Position numbers and translations under genes: made by a program. Source: a virus. Taken from it: DNA of 64,000 nucleotides. The notes beneath the pieces were generated by a model that ran no database searches, was not told the origin of the DNA, and worked only from the letters and a program-made list of their open reading frames with translations. How positions within the stretch are numbered: the first letter of the stretch is position 1; the number at the start of each line of letters is the position of its first letter. The stretch spans positions 15,123 through 79,122 of the IMG/VR virus record IMGVR_UViG_3300048503_000180; one strand, written 5' to 3'. This document shows, one piece after another, positions 41,303 through 50,027 of the stretch.

Positions 41303-42499
41303 TTGAAAATACGGATTCAGCATCCCGGAGTTCACGAGCGAACGGATCGCGGAGGCTCGTACTGGTATTTCCGCTACTGGGAAGACGTTCTGCAAGCGGA
41401 CGGTACGACGAAGGCCATCCGGAAATTCCACACGGTCGGCCCGAGCAAGGGCGACACTAAGCTCTCGAAGAAGCAGGCGGAAGTTGCGCGCGACAAATTC
41501 GTGGCGACGATCAACAGGCCCACCATTCAGGAGAAGGTCGTTGACGGATTGGCTCTGTTCAGCAAGATGGTCGAAAAATACAGGGCGGCGCACGTTGAAG
41601 CGGAAGCCGCTGGGCGATTCCTGCTGGCGAAGCCGACGCGCGACAAGTACATCATCCACCTCGAGCAGCGCATCGTCCCACAGTGGGGCGACCGGCGTTT
41701 GTGCGAGATCAAACCCGATGAGGTCCAGCAGTGGCTGTTCAAGACCTGCGACTCCTGGCACATGATGAACGACCTGCGCGGCATCATGTCCGGCATCTAC
41801 ACCAAGGCCGAGGAGTGGGGCTACTGGCCCGAGGGACGGCGCAACCCGATCTCCCGCGTCAAGATTGGGGAGAAGTGGAGCGTGAGGCCCGAACGGATTC
41901 TGACGGAAGAGGAGACCGTAAAGGTGCTGGCGCGGCTGAGCGATCCCAACCTGCTCGTGCTGGAAACCGCAATCGCCACCGGCGCACGGATCTCCGAAAT
42001 CCTGGGGCTCAAGTGGTGCCACGTGGATCTCCAGACTGGTATCCTACGCATCGCGCAGCGCTATTGGCGCGGCGACATAGACGATCCGAAGTCGAAGACC
42101 AGCAAACGACCGCTCACGTTGGGATACCTGGGCGACCGCTACCGCGCGAAGGCTGCGGCGGATAACGCGAAAGCGGACAACTGGGTCTTCGTCCGGACGG
42201 ACGGCAGCGGCCTCCCGCTGTGGGATTCCGGCGTACGGCAAGCTCTAAAGCGGGCGGCGGTCGCCGAGGGCTGCGATTTCCCAGGTCTGGGTCCGCACTC
42301 CTTCCGACGCGCCAACATCACGTGGCGGCAGGAGGTGGGTGGGTCGAGCATTGAGGCGTCGAAGATCGCCGGCCACAGCACGGTCCGGATGACCGAGGAA
42401 TACACGAAGATCCAACTGACCCGCCAGGAAGAACTCACGCGACTGATCCAGGAGCGCCTCGCCAGCGTTGGCGAGAAGCAGACAGCGGTCGTGCAGTAG
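41303..42499 (+). CDS. int: Tyrosine integrase
   Basis: GGAGG RBS before TTG; catalytic R (TGARISE), K (PKS), HSFRR, GHS, Y (TEEY). Confidence 0.93.
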   Translation: MKIRIQHPGVHERTDRGGSYWYFRYWEDVLQADGTTKAIRKFHTVGPSKGDTKLSKKQAEVARDKFVATINRPTIQEKVVDGLALFSKMVEKYRAAHVEAEAAGRFLLAKPTRDKYIIHLEQRIVPQWGDRRLCEIKPDEVQQWLFKTCDSWHMMNDLRGIMSGIYTKAEEWGYWPEGRRNPISRVKIGEKWSVRPERILTEEETVKVLARLSDPNLLVLETAIATGARISEILGLKWCHVDLQTGILRIAQRYWRGDIDDPKSKTSKRPLTLGYLGDRYRAKAAADNAKADNWVFVRTDGSGLPLWDSGVRQALKRAAVAEGCDFPGLGPHSFRRANITWRQEVGGSSIEASKIAGHSTVRMTEEYTKIQLTRQEELTRLIQERLASVGEKQTAVVQ

Positions 42500-42691
42500 G
42501 GAAATCCAACCGACTGCCAGTCCTTGGTTGAAGACCAGGAAACGAGTCCCGACGACCCCGCATCCTGCACAGATCGGGTTGCGGTCCCTTCCACAACTTC
42601 CCCCTCTTGGCACTTCTTCGGCGCGTCGCGGCCGCGAATCGACTAATCTAGGAGAAGGGTGATGTGCCCCGACCCTGAAAAAGAGAGCGCG

Positions 42692-42721
42692 TTGACGCCG
42701 GACTTTCGGCTGCAATACAAT
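42692..42721 (+). promoter_or_regulatory. Sigma70-type promoter for the TIGR04255 triad
   Basis: TTGACG-N18-TACAAT. Confidence 0.6.
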
Positions 42722-42746
42722 CATCGTCAACACTAGAACATATTTC

Positions 42747-43619
42747 GTGGAAAATGCTTTGAAAAGGCAGACTACGGTGCCACCCCGTCCAGAGCATCTG
42801 CCGGATTTTGACAACCCACCAGTTGTCGAAACCGTTTTGTCTGTGCAGTTCGAGCCGTTGCCATTGGTCCAGGCGGCGCATCTTGGGCTCCTCTGGAATG
42901 AGTACCGCGCTGCCTTCCCGAAAACCGAAGAGCGTCCGCCGCTGGAGCCGGTGATCGAGCAGTTTCCGGAAAACCCAGCCGCTCGGGTCGGTCTCAAGTT
43001 CCAGGCTCTGGAGAGCTTCCCTATACCGCGAATCTGGTTCGCCAACGATCAGGGGAGCGAGATGATCCAGGTTCAGAACGACAGATTCGTAAAGAACTGG
43101 CGCAAGGAAGGGGAGAGCCACCAGTATCCCCACTACGATGAGACCATTCGCCCGCACTTTGATCGGGACTACGGGATCTTTCTGGCTTTCCTGGAGAAAA
43201 ACCAACTCGGCACCCCGCACGTCAATCAATGTGAAGTGACGTATGTGAACCACATCCTCGCCGGCGAGGGGTGGGAGCACTACGGCGACGTGGACAGAAT
43301 CTTCACATTCTGGCGCTCGACGGATCTCGTGCCTCCTGGACCAGCGGAGGATTTGCGCCTGCATACCCGGTTCGTCATTCCGAGTAAGGACGGAAAACCG
43401 ATCGGTCGGCTCCATGTCGACGTACAGCCAGCGATCAGAACCTCCGATAACCGTCCGATGTACCTGCTGCACCTGACTGCTAGGGGGCAGGTTGGCGACG
43501 CGGTCGATTTTTTCGACATCGGTCGGGAGTGGATCGTAACAACGTTCAAGAGGTTGACCACCAATTCAATGCACAACATTTGGAGGATCAAGAACGATGC
43601 CAGCATTGGGAACCGCTGA
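42747..43619 (+). CDS. TIGR04255-family protein (start uncertain)
   Basis: LPDFDNPPVVETVLSVQFEPL; MIQVQNDRF..NW; YP.Y; EVTYVNHI. Confidence 0.75.
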   Translation: MENALKRQTTVPPRPEHLPDFDNPPVVETVLSVQFEPLPLVQAAHLGLLWNEYRAAFPKTEERPPLEPVIEQFPENPAARVGLKFQALESFPIPRIWFANDQGSEMIQVQNDRFVKNWRKEGESHQYPHYDETIRPHFDRDYGIFLAFLEKNQLGTPHVNQCEVTYVNHILAGEGWEHYGDVDRIFTFWRSTDLVPPGPAEDLRLHTRFVIPSKDGKPIGRLHVDVQPAIRTSDNRPMYLLHLTARGQVGDAVDFFDIGREWIVTTFKRLTTNSMHNIWRIKNDASIGNR

Positions 43620-44154
43620 ACTCACGGTTCAAGATCGCGGTATTTTGGCGACCAGCGCTTCTGCCGCGTACCTGGACTATTTTTCCAGTGGTGACCGCCT
43701 TTTGGTCAGCGTGTTTCAGCAACCAGTTCTGATACGCCGGCAACGCAAGTATTACTCTCGCGGACAAGCGTACCAAGTTGAATGGCAGGATTACGGTCAG
43801 CCGCTTCCTGCCTGGTTCGACCCCCTCATGCAAGGCTTCGTCGATCTGTTTACGCTCCTGCACAATTGGGATAGCTATGGTGCGGGTCCGATTGACCCGA
43901 AGGTGGTTCATTACGCGATGAACCTCATCAACGGTCTCCTTGGGCCCACGAGTCCGGCTCCGCGTGTTGTACCTTTATCCAGCGGCGGCCTTCAGCTTGA
44001 GTGGCACCGACAGGGCATCGATTTGGAGATTGTGTTTGATCGAGATGGACAGCCGTTTTTCTACTATCGAGACCGCGTGAGCGGGGACGAGTCCGAGCAC
44101 ACACTGCCTCAAGACAACGCTCTGCTCAGGTCGATAATTGGGAAGCTCGATTAA
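43597..44154 (+). CDS. Hypothetical protein, 185 aa, candidate antitoxin
   Basis: Overlaps the upstream gene; LLHNWDSYGAGPI..P.VVPLSSGGLQLEW. Confidence 0.65.
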   Translation: MPALGTAELTVQDRGILATSASAAYLDYFSSGDRLLVSVFQQPVLIRRQRKYYSRGQAYQVEWQDYGQPLPAWFDPLMQGFVDLFTLLHNWDSYGAGPIDPKVVHYAMNLINGLLGPTSPAPRVVPLSSGGLQLEWHRQGIDLEIVFDRDGQPFFYYRDRVSGDESEHTLPQDNALLRSIIGKLD

Positions 44155-44171
44155 CCATTCACGGGGATCGA

Positions 44172-44570
44172 ATGCCAGGTCGCGTCTTTGAAGATGACCC
44201 AAACATCCCGGCGGACGAACGGCTCTTGCGGCGCATCCCACGTACTTGGGTCGATTGGGACGAACACGGCAACGCGGTCATATCTTCGGCTGCTTTCAAA
44301 GACGAAGAACTGTCGATCAGTTTGGAATCAGTCATGGCGAGAGACGGACGACCGCCCGAGGATGCGATCCGCAATTATCCTGGTTATGGTTTGGCTTCGA
44401 TTACCGCCGCTCACGCCCGATCACTGAAGCAGGCCGTGGCGCCTGATCCTTTGCCGGAGGAGCCAGCGCACGGGGTAGTGTACGGCCAGAAGAAACGCGG
44501 CGGCATCGGCGGCAAACTTCGCGATGGCGCGCTCTGGGTGGTGAGGCCGGTCGAACTAGAGGTCAGCTAA
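44172..44570 (+). CDS. Small putative ART/RES-like toxin, 132 aa
   Basis: DERLLRRI (Arg), SSAAF..ELSISL (Ser), EPAHGVV: order typical of ADP-ribosyltransferase core strands. Confidence 0.5.
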   Translation: MPGRVFEDDPNIPADERLLRRIPRTWVDWDEHGNAVISSAAFKDEELSISLESVMARDGRPPEDAIRNYPGYGLASITAAHARSLKQAVAPDPLPEEPAHGVVYGQKKRGGIGGKLRDGALWVVRPVELEVS

Positions 44571-44743
44571 CTGGGGCGGAGCCTTGCGCAGCATTGCCCC
44601 GCGCGGGCGGAACGCCACGCCCTCGGCATCCCACATGGGCATCCTCCTTATATGGAAACCGATTGTTGTCTCCTTCGGCAGACAACAAATAGATCAGCCC
44701 GCAACCGCGCGCGGGGAAGCACGCCACGTGCCAGCCCCGCGCG

Positions 44744-44988
44744 TGGAGTCCCGGAGTCCGCGTGGAGTCCAGACGCCCCCAAAGCCGTCCCGTGGCGTCC
44801 ACCGGAGTCCACGTCGCCTATTGCTAAGTCTTTTGTTTTGCGTCAAATTGTCTGCAAGTGATTGATATTTCTTAAATGGCATGGAAGAGGTCGTGAGTTC
44901 GAATCTCACCAGGTCCACCAAAACGTTTCATAGACTTACCGTTTCCCCGCCCGCCAGAACGTCCTCGCCGGAGTCCAACTGGAGTCCA
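44744..44988 (+). repeat. Seven direct GG(A/C)GTCC repeats, candidate integrase arm-type sites: five left and two right of the core
   Basis: Copies near 44744, 44752, 44763, 44793, 44803, 44969 and 44980; perfect IHF consensus (TATCAATCACTTG, minus strand) at 44855-44867. Confidence 0.75.
44876..44920 (+). other. att core: 3' half of tRNA-Ala(GGC), not a complete tRNA
   Basis: ATGGCAT anticodon loop, GGAAG, AGGTC, T-arm GTGAG-TTCGAAT-CTCAC, ..GGTCCACCA; no 5' acceptor or D arm upstream. Confidence 0.9.
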
Positions 44989-45315
44989 AAACCAATTTTG
45001 AGCACGGGCAGCCATGGGCATCGTGTGGATTTCGATACCTGCCCACGATCAAGCCAACCGATTCAACGAGGTGGCAAGTCTGGGCACCTTGGGCACCGTT
45101 TTTCGTTCGTGTCGTCGTCTTCCTGAGACGACAACATTTCGTTTCTATATAAGGACGATGCCCACCGCGCCCAACGCCCGCGACTTCTCCGTGGCCGTCC
45201 AACTTTACTGTTGACGACTGAATTCCGGACCTGATATTCAAGGGATGTAAGCTGCGGTCTGGCCCGAGAGACGGGACTCTCAATAAACTCCTTCCCTTCG
45301 ATCCAAACAACCAAA

Positions 45316-45654
45316 GTGTCTCCCAAGCGCGAACAGATCCCGATCTACGCGGCTGACGGTACCTCTCTGGGCTTTCGCTCGCTCGAAGCCGCAAAGCGAC
45401 TTATCGAAAGTGGCTATGTGAAACCTGCCTACGGCCGGAAGGGGCATCTGAAGGCGATCTGGCTGCTCCAGGAAGACGGCGGCAACCCCGTTGAGACAAA
45501 CGCGCGGAGTGGCACCCGGTACAGCTTCCTGCAGAACATCGAGACTGGCCGCTGCTGGAGCCTTCGGCGATTGGACCAGCGCGACGACGACGGCGTGCCC
45601 GTGATCACCCGCGGCGTCTTCCTGCAGGTTGTAGCGGAGTGCCGCGTCGGATGA
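45316..45654 (+). CDS. Hypothetical phage protein, 112 aa
   Basis: First ORF of element B, co-oriented with the packaging genes. Confidence 0.6.
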   Translation: MSPKREQIPIYAADGTSLGFRSLEAAKRLIESGYVKPAYGRKGHLKAIWLLQEDGGNPVETNARSGTRYSFLQNIETGRCWSLRRLDQRDDDGVPVITRGVFLQVVAECRVG

Positions 45655-45739
45655 AAGCCAGACGCCAAGTCGGTGGGCGGTACATCGCTCGTGCTCGCGG
45701 GGCGGTTGTTCGGAACCCCAAAGAGCCTGTTAAAGCCAT

Positions 45740-45793
45740 AGGTACTTCCCGGCGACTTTCGGCGGCGCGTTGAAGAGTAGCGCAGTTTCGCTA
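45740..45793 (+). promoter_or_regulatory. Candidate lambda-like cos region
   Basis: AGGTACTTCCCGGCGA...GCGCAGTTTCGCTA resembles the blocks flanking lambda cosN; upstream of a GpA-type terminase. Confidence 0.5.
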
Positions 45794-46014
45794 GCGACAG
45801 GCGCAAAAAGGGGCGGTCAGGTGGTCAGCGGTCAGTGGCGGCCAGGGCGCGCCCGAGGCCGCGGGTGGACCAACCGGCCAACCCCCAGCCAAACGGCGCG
45901 ACACGGGGCACCGGGGCGCGAAAGGGTGGCCGATTCCGGCGCGAGCCAGGCCGCAAGTCCAACGTTGGACTTCCTGGCCATTGACACGCCTCTTCTGTAG
46001 TTGTTCGTAAACCA

Positions 46015-47586
46015 ATGGCGACACCTCCGGCGACCATAACGCCCGCGATGGCACGGCGCATCGAAATCTGGCCGACCGACCGGCTGGTTCCGTACGCCAG
46101 GAACGCGCGCACGCACTCTGCCGAACAGATAGCGCAGATCGCGGCGTCCATCTTGGAGTTCGGCTTCACCAATCCGATCCTGGTTGACTCGATGGACGGG
46201 ATCATTGCCGGCCACGGTCGTCTGCTGGCTGCTCGCAAGTTGGGCCTCGCGGAGGTGCCGGTGGTGGTGCTGGACCACCTCAGCGAGACGCAGCGGCGGG
46301 CATACATCCTCGCGGACAACAAGCTCGCGATGAATGCCGGATGGGACGAGAAAATGCTCGCCAGCGAACTGCGCGAACTCGAAACAGACGGCGTGGACCT
46401 CGCGCTCATTGGCTTCAGCGACGAGGAACTGGAGGCGCTGCTCGAAGACGGCGACGCGCCGCCGGAGGATGTGACCGACGAGGTCCCCGAACCGCCAGCC
46501 CAGCCGATAACCCTGCCCGGCGACGTGTGGTTGATCGGAGCCCACCGCCTGATCTGCGGCGACTGCCGCGACGGTGGAACGATTCGTGTTCTGTTCGGCG
46601 ATGCGCTGGCCAACGTGGTCGTGACCTCGCCACCCTACGCAACGCAGCGCGAGTACGACGCGTCGAGCGGCTTCAAGCCGGTTCGTCCGGATGAGTACGT
46701 CGCGTGGTTCGGCGCGGTCGCGGCTGGAGTCGAATCGATTCTGGCGCCCGATGGCTCCTACTTCCTCAACATCAAGGAGCACGCCGACGACGGGGAACGC
46801 GACCTGTACGTGATGGACCTCGTCATCGCGCACCGGCGGCAGTGGGGCTGGCGATTCGTAGACACGTTCTGCTGGCGCAAGACCGATAACGGTGTGCCGG
46901 GCGGCTGGGGAAACCGATTCAAGAACGCTTGGGAACCGGTGTTTCACTTCTGCCGCCAGCAGCAGATTAAGTTTCGGCCGCAGGCCGTGAGCCACGAGTC
47001 GGAGGACTGCTTCGACTACTCCCCGAACAATCCGAAATCAAACTCCGGGAGCGGGCTCCTGGGGACCGGCGCGCGGGGCGCGGCTGCGGATGGGGGGAAG
47101 AACCAGAGTGCGTGGCAGCGCAGCAGGAACAGTCTGTCCGACGATTCGGATGGCCGGCACACCGGACTGGCGCGCCCGAGCAACGTGGTGGAAGTGAAAT
47201 CGGAATCCTCGCAAGGCTCGCACTCCGCTCCGTTCCCGCGCGCGCTGGTGGAGTTCTTCTTGCTGGCGTACTCCGATGCCGGCGATGTGGTCTTCGATCC
47301 GTTCATGGGGAGCGGAACGACGATGGCCGCGGCGGCGTTGCTCAACAGGACCGGTTACGGCTGCGAGATCAGCCCGGCCTATTGCGATGTGATTGTACGG
47401 CGGGTTATGAATCTGACCGGCGAGAACCCGGTCCTCGCGGCCACTGGCGAGACGTTCGCCGCTGTTGCGGAGTCTCGCGGCGTCCCGGCAGACCAGACAC
47501 TGAATCCGAAGCAGAACGACGCGCTGCGCATCCAGCACCACGGACCCAATCCGCACTACGGACCGAAAAGGAAAACCCTGGCATGA
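46015..47586 (+). CDS. ParB-like N-domain + N6/N4 DNA methyltransferase (copy 1)
   Basis: LVPYARNARTHS..FGFTNPIL..AGHGRLLAA; motif IV TSPPY; DPFMGSGTT. Confidence 0.9.
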   Translation: MATPPATITPAMARRIEIWPTDRLVPYARNARTHSAEQIAQIAASILEFGFTNPILVDSMDGIIAGHGRLLAARKLGLAEVPVVVLDHLSETQRRAYILADNKLAMNAGWDEKMLASELRELETDGVDLALIGFSDEELEALLEDGDAPPEDVTDEVPEPPAQPITLPGDVWLIGAHRLICGDCRDGGTIRVLFGDALANVVVTSPPYATQREYDASSGFKPVRPDEYVAWFGAVAAGVESILAPDGSYFLNIKEHADDGERDLYVMDLVIAHRRQWGWRFVDTFCWRKTDNGVPGGWGNRFKNAWEPVFHFCRQQQIKFRPQAVSHESEDCFDYSPNNPKSNSGSGLLGTGARGAAADGGKNQSAWQRSRNSLSDDSDGRHTGLARPSNVVEVKSESSQGSHSAPFPRALVEFFLLAYSDAGDVVFDPFMGSGTTMAAAALLNRTGYGCEISPAYCDVIVRRVMNLTGENPVLAATGETFAAVAESRGVPADQTLNPKQNDALRIQHHGPNPHYGPKRKTLA

Positions 47587-48884
47587 CGGCGAAATCGCGC
47601 ACCACGAATCGGGAGGTCGCCAGCATTGGCGGGGCATCTCCACGCTTCCGCGACCTCGCCGTACAGATTTGGCCCATCGACAAGTTGATCCCGTACGCCC
47701 GGAACGCCAGGACGCACACGGACGAACAGGTGGCGCAGGTTGCCGCCAGCATCATCGAGTTCGGGTGGACGAACCCGATCCTTGTCGGTGCCGACTGCGT
47801 TGTGATCGCCGGGCACGCGCGGCTGGCGGCTGCTCGACGCCTGCGCATGGACGAGGTGCCGGTCATCGTGCTGGATCACCTCTCGGAAACGCAGAGGCGC
47901 GCGCTCATTCTCGCGGACAACCGCCTTGCCATGAGCGCGGGATGGGACGAGGAGATGCTGCGCGTCGAACTCGAATCGCTGAAGGAGGACGCGTTCAATC
48001 TCGATCTGGTCGGCTTTACGGACGAGGAAGTCGAGGAATTGCTCCGCGAACCGGAGACCACGCAGGACGGGCTGACCGATCCGGACGCGGTCCCGGCTGA
48101 GCAGGAGGCCATCGTCACGGTGCGCGGCGACGTATGGGTTCTCGACCAGCACCGGTTGCTCTGTGGCGACGCCACGCAGATGGCCGACATCGAAAAGGTC
48201 CTGGCTGGCGGGCTGGCCGACATGACGTTCACCGATCCGCCGTACAACGTCGCGTATGAAGGCAAGACGGCGAAGAAGCTCACCATCGACAACGATGCCC
48301 TCGGCGGCAAGTTCTATGAGTTCCTGCGGGACGCCTCGGCCAACATGCTCGCGATGACGAAGGGCGCCATCTACATGTGCATGTCCTCGTCGGAGTTGCA
48401 CACGCTCTTCCGGGCGTTCACCGATGCCGGCGGCCACTGGTCCACCTTCGTGATCTGGGCCAAGCACCATTTCACGTTGGGGCGGTCGGACTACCAGCGG
48501 ATGTATGAGCCGATCCTCTATGGCTGGCGCGACGGCACGCAGCACTTCTGGTGCGGCGACCGGAACCAGGGCGACGTGTGGTTCATCAAGCGGCCCATGG
48601 CGAATCTGGAGCATCCGACGATGAAGCCGGTGGAACTCGTCGAGCGTGCGCTCCGCAACAGCAGCAAGACCCGCGACACGATCCTCGATCCGTTCGGCGG
48701 GTCGGGGACGACGCTGATCGCGTGCGAGCGCGCCAACCGGCAGGCGCGCGTCGTCGAACTCGACCCGAAATACTGCGACGTGATCGTGCGCCGGTGGCAG
48801 GATTACACGGGCGGCAAGGCGGTTCTCGATGGCGGCGGAACTTTCGATGATCTTGCACCGGAGCGATTAAAGAATGCGGTTTGA
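47583..48884 (+). CDS. ParB-like N-domain + N6/N4 DNA methyltransferase (copy 2)
   Basis: LIPYARNARTHT; TDPPYN; HPTMKPVEL; DPFGGSGTT; ATGA overlap with copy 1. Confidence 0.9.
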   Translation: MTAKSRTTNREVASIGGASPRFRDLAVQIWPIDKLIPYARNARTHTDEQVAQVAASIIEFGWTNPILVGADCVVIAGHARLAAARRLRMDEVPVIVLDHLSETQRRALILADNRLAMSAGWDEEMLRVELESLKEDAFNLDLVGFTDEEVEELLREPETTQDGLTDPDAVPAEQEAIVTVRGDVWVLDQHRLLCGDATQMADIEKVLAGGLADMTFTDPPYNVAYEGKTAKKLTIDNDALGGKFYEFLRDASANMLAMTKGAIYMCMSSSELHTLFRAFTDAGGHWSTFVIWAKHHFTLGRSDYQRMYEPILYGWRDGTQHFWCGDRNQGDVWFIKRPMANLEHPTMKPVELVERALRNSSKTRDTILDPFGGSGTTLIACERANRQARVVELDPKYCDVIVRRWQDYTGGKAVLDGGGTFDDLAPERLKNAV

Positions 48885-49068
48885 ATCGAACGGTGCCACA
48901 AGGAGATTGCGGCAATCGAAGCGGAGATCCGCGCCGGTAATCCCGACCTTCAAGGCCTATGCCTGGCTCTCTCGGACTGGTCGGCGGAGTTGCGGATCAT
49001 TAAAGACGAGCAACGCCGCCTGCGGTGAGGCGGCGCTTGGCAAGCTCTGCGGAACTGCGGGGAGGGTC

Positions 49069-49371
49069 CTACTTCAGGAGGTCCGTGATCTCGTAGGCGA
49101 TGCGGTAGTCGCCGTCGATTCCGCGAGCCCAGACCTTGTACGTGTACGGGCAGATCCCCGGATCTTCTCCGCGCTCGATGCGGCGCATCCGGCCGCGCAG
49201 GTCGCTTTCGGCGATCTCCTTCGCCTCGTTGATAGTGCTGGCGACTGCGACCGGCTCGTGGTGCCCTTCCTCGTCCTCGGCGATCAGCATCGCCAGCCCC
49301 AGTTCGGTGTCGGGCTGCAGCGGGAACGCAAATCCGTTGTAACTCGTGGTCTGCTTCTTGGTTCGTGCCAT
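49069..49371 (-). CDS. Hypothetical protein, 100 aa
   Basis: AAGGAG RBS; MARTKKQ.. start; preceded by one copy of a 40-bp repeat. Confidence 0.7.
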   Translation of the reverse strand: MARTKKQTTSYNGFAFPLQPDTELGLAMLIAEDEEGHHEPVAVASTINEAKEIAESDLRGRMRRIERGEDPGICPYTYKVWARGIDGDYRIAYEITDLLK

Positions 49372-49446
49372 CTGGTTGGTCTCCTTGCATGACGATTCAT
49401 CACTCCGGCGCACCCGGAAGGCAAGGCAATAATCGCGCAGTGCCGT

Positions 49447-49474
49447 AAAAAAAGCCGCCCGTTTCCAGGCGGCT
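49447..49474 (-). terminator. Rho-independent terminator after the DUF3489 gene
   Basis: AGCCGCC/GGCGGCT stem followed by U7 on the minus strand. Confidence 0.8.
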
Positions 49475-49493
49475 GATTGGGAGGCAATCGTGC

Positions 49494-49934
49494 CTACTTG
49501 GCAACGCGGTATGTCCGCTCGCCGGCTTCGTTCTTGGTGGACTCGACCGTGAGGCCCATTTTCTTGGTGAGGTTTCCGCTGATGAAGCCCCGGATCGAGT
49601 GGTTCTGCCAGTCGGTGGCCTTGGCGATCTCGGCCATCGTCGCGCCCTTGGGGCGGCGCAGGAGGTCCAGGATGATGTTCTTTTTCGAGAACTCGCGCGG
49701 CACCTTGGCCTCTTTCACTTTGGCGGACTTCTTGCTGGCGACCTTCTCCTTGGCCTGCTTCTTCGGCGCGGCCTTGGCTTGCTTGGCGGCTTTCTTCGCG
49801 CCCTTGCTGGCCTTGGGCGCGCCCTTCTTCTGGCTGGCAGCCTTCTTCGAGGTGGCCTTCTCCGGCGCGACCTGCGCGCCCTGTTCCGCAACGGCGGCGG
49901 TTTCGGTGGTGTTGGTAGCTTCTGCGTTTTTCAT
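49494..49934 (-). CDS. DUF3489-family protein with a Lys/Ala-rich N-terminus
   Basis: SKK.IILDLLRRPKGATMAEIAKATDWQNHSIRGFISG..KKMGL..RTYR. Confidence 0.88.
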   Translation of the reverse strand: MKNAEATNTTETAAVAEQGAQVAPEKATSKKAASQKKGAPKASKGAKKAAKQAKAAPKKQAKEKVASKKSAKVKEAKVPREFSKKNIILDLLRRPKGATMAEIAKATDWQNHSIRGFISGNLTKKMGLTVESTKNEAGERTYRVAK

Positions 49935-50027
49935 GGTGGTGTTTATCCTTTTGGCGGTTGATCCGCGCATGACGATTCATCACTCCGGTGGCCCCGGAAG
50001 GCAAGGGCTTATTTCGGGAATAAAAAC

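Larger units (their letters stand above)
1..44920. mobile_element. Prophage A, right part: tail genes, defence cargo, replication module, integrase, up to the att core
   Basis: Contiguous tail genes (1-15864), cargo, xis/primase/UvrD, tyrosine integrase, ending at a tRNA 3'-half att core. Confidence 0.85.
49387..50006 (-). repeat. Two 40-bp direct repeats (49387-49426 and 49967-50006) upstream of the two minus-strand genes
   Basis: GCATGACGATTCATCACTCCGG-N5-CCGGAAGGCAAGG; only the N5 differs. Confidence 0.85.

Noticed and set aside
44850-44920. Complete tRNA-Ala gene
   Set aside because: Only the anticodon loop onward is present; the 5' anticodon stem is broken (CTTAA rather than CTTCC) and there is no D arm or 5' acceptor strand.
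44744-44988. CRISPR array or iterons
   Set aside because: Units are 7-9 bp with irregular spacing around a tRNA core and there are no cas genes; they fit integrase arm sites.
47112-47582. N-terminal extension of the second methylase (590-aa call)
   Set aside because: Overlaps the first methylase; the ATGA-coupled start at 47583 and ParB homology define the real start.
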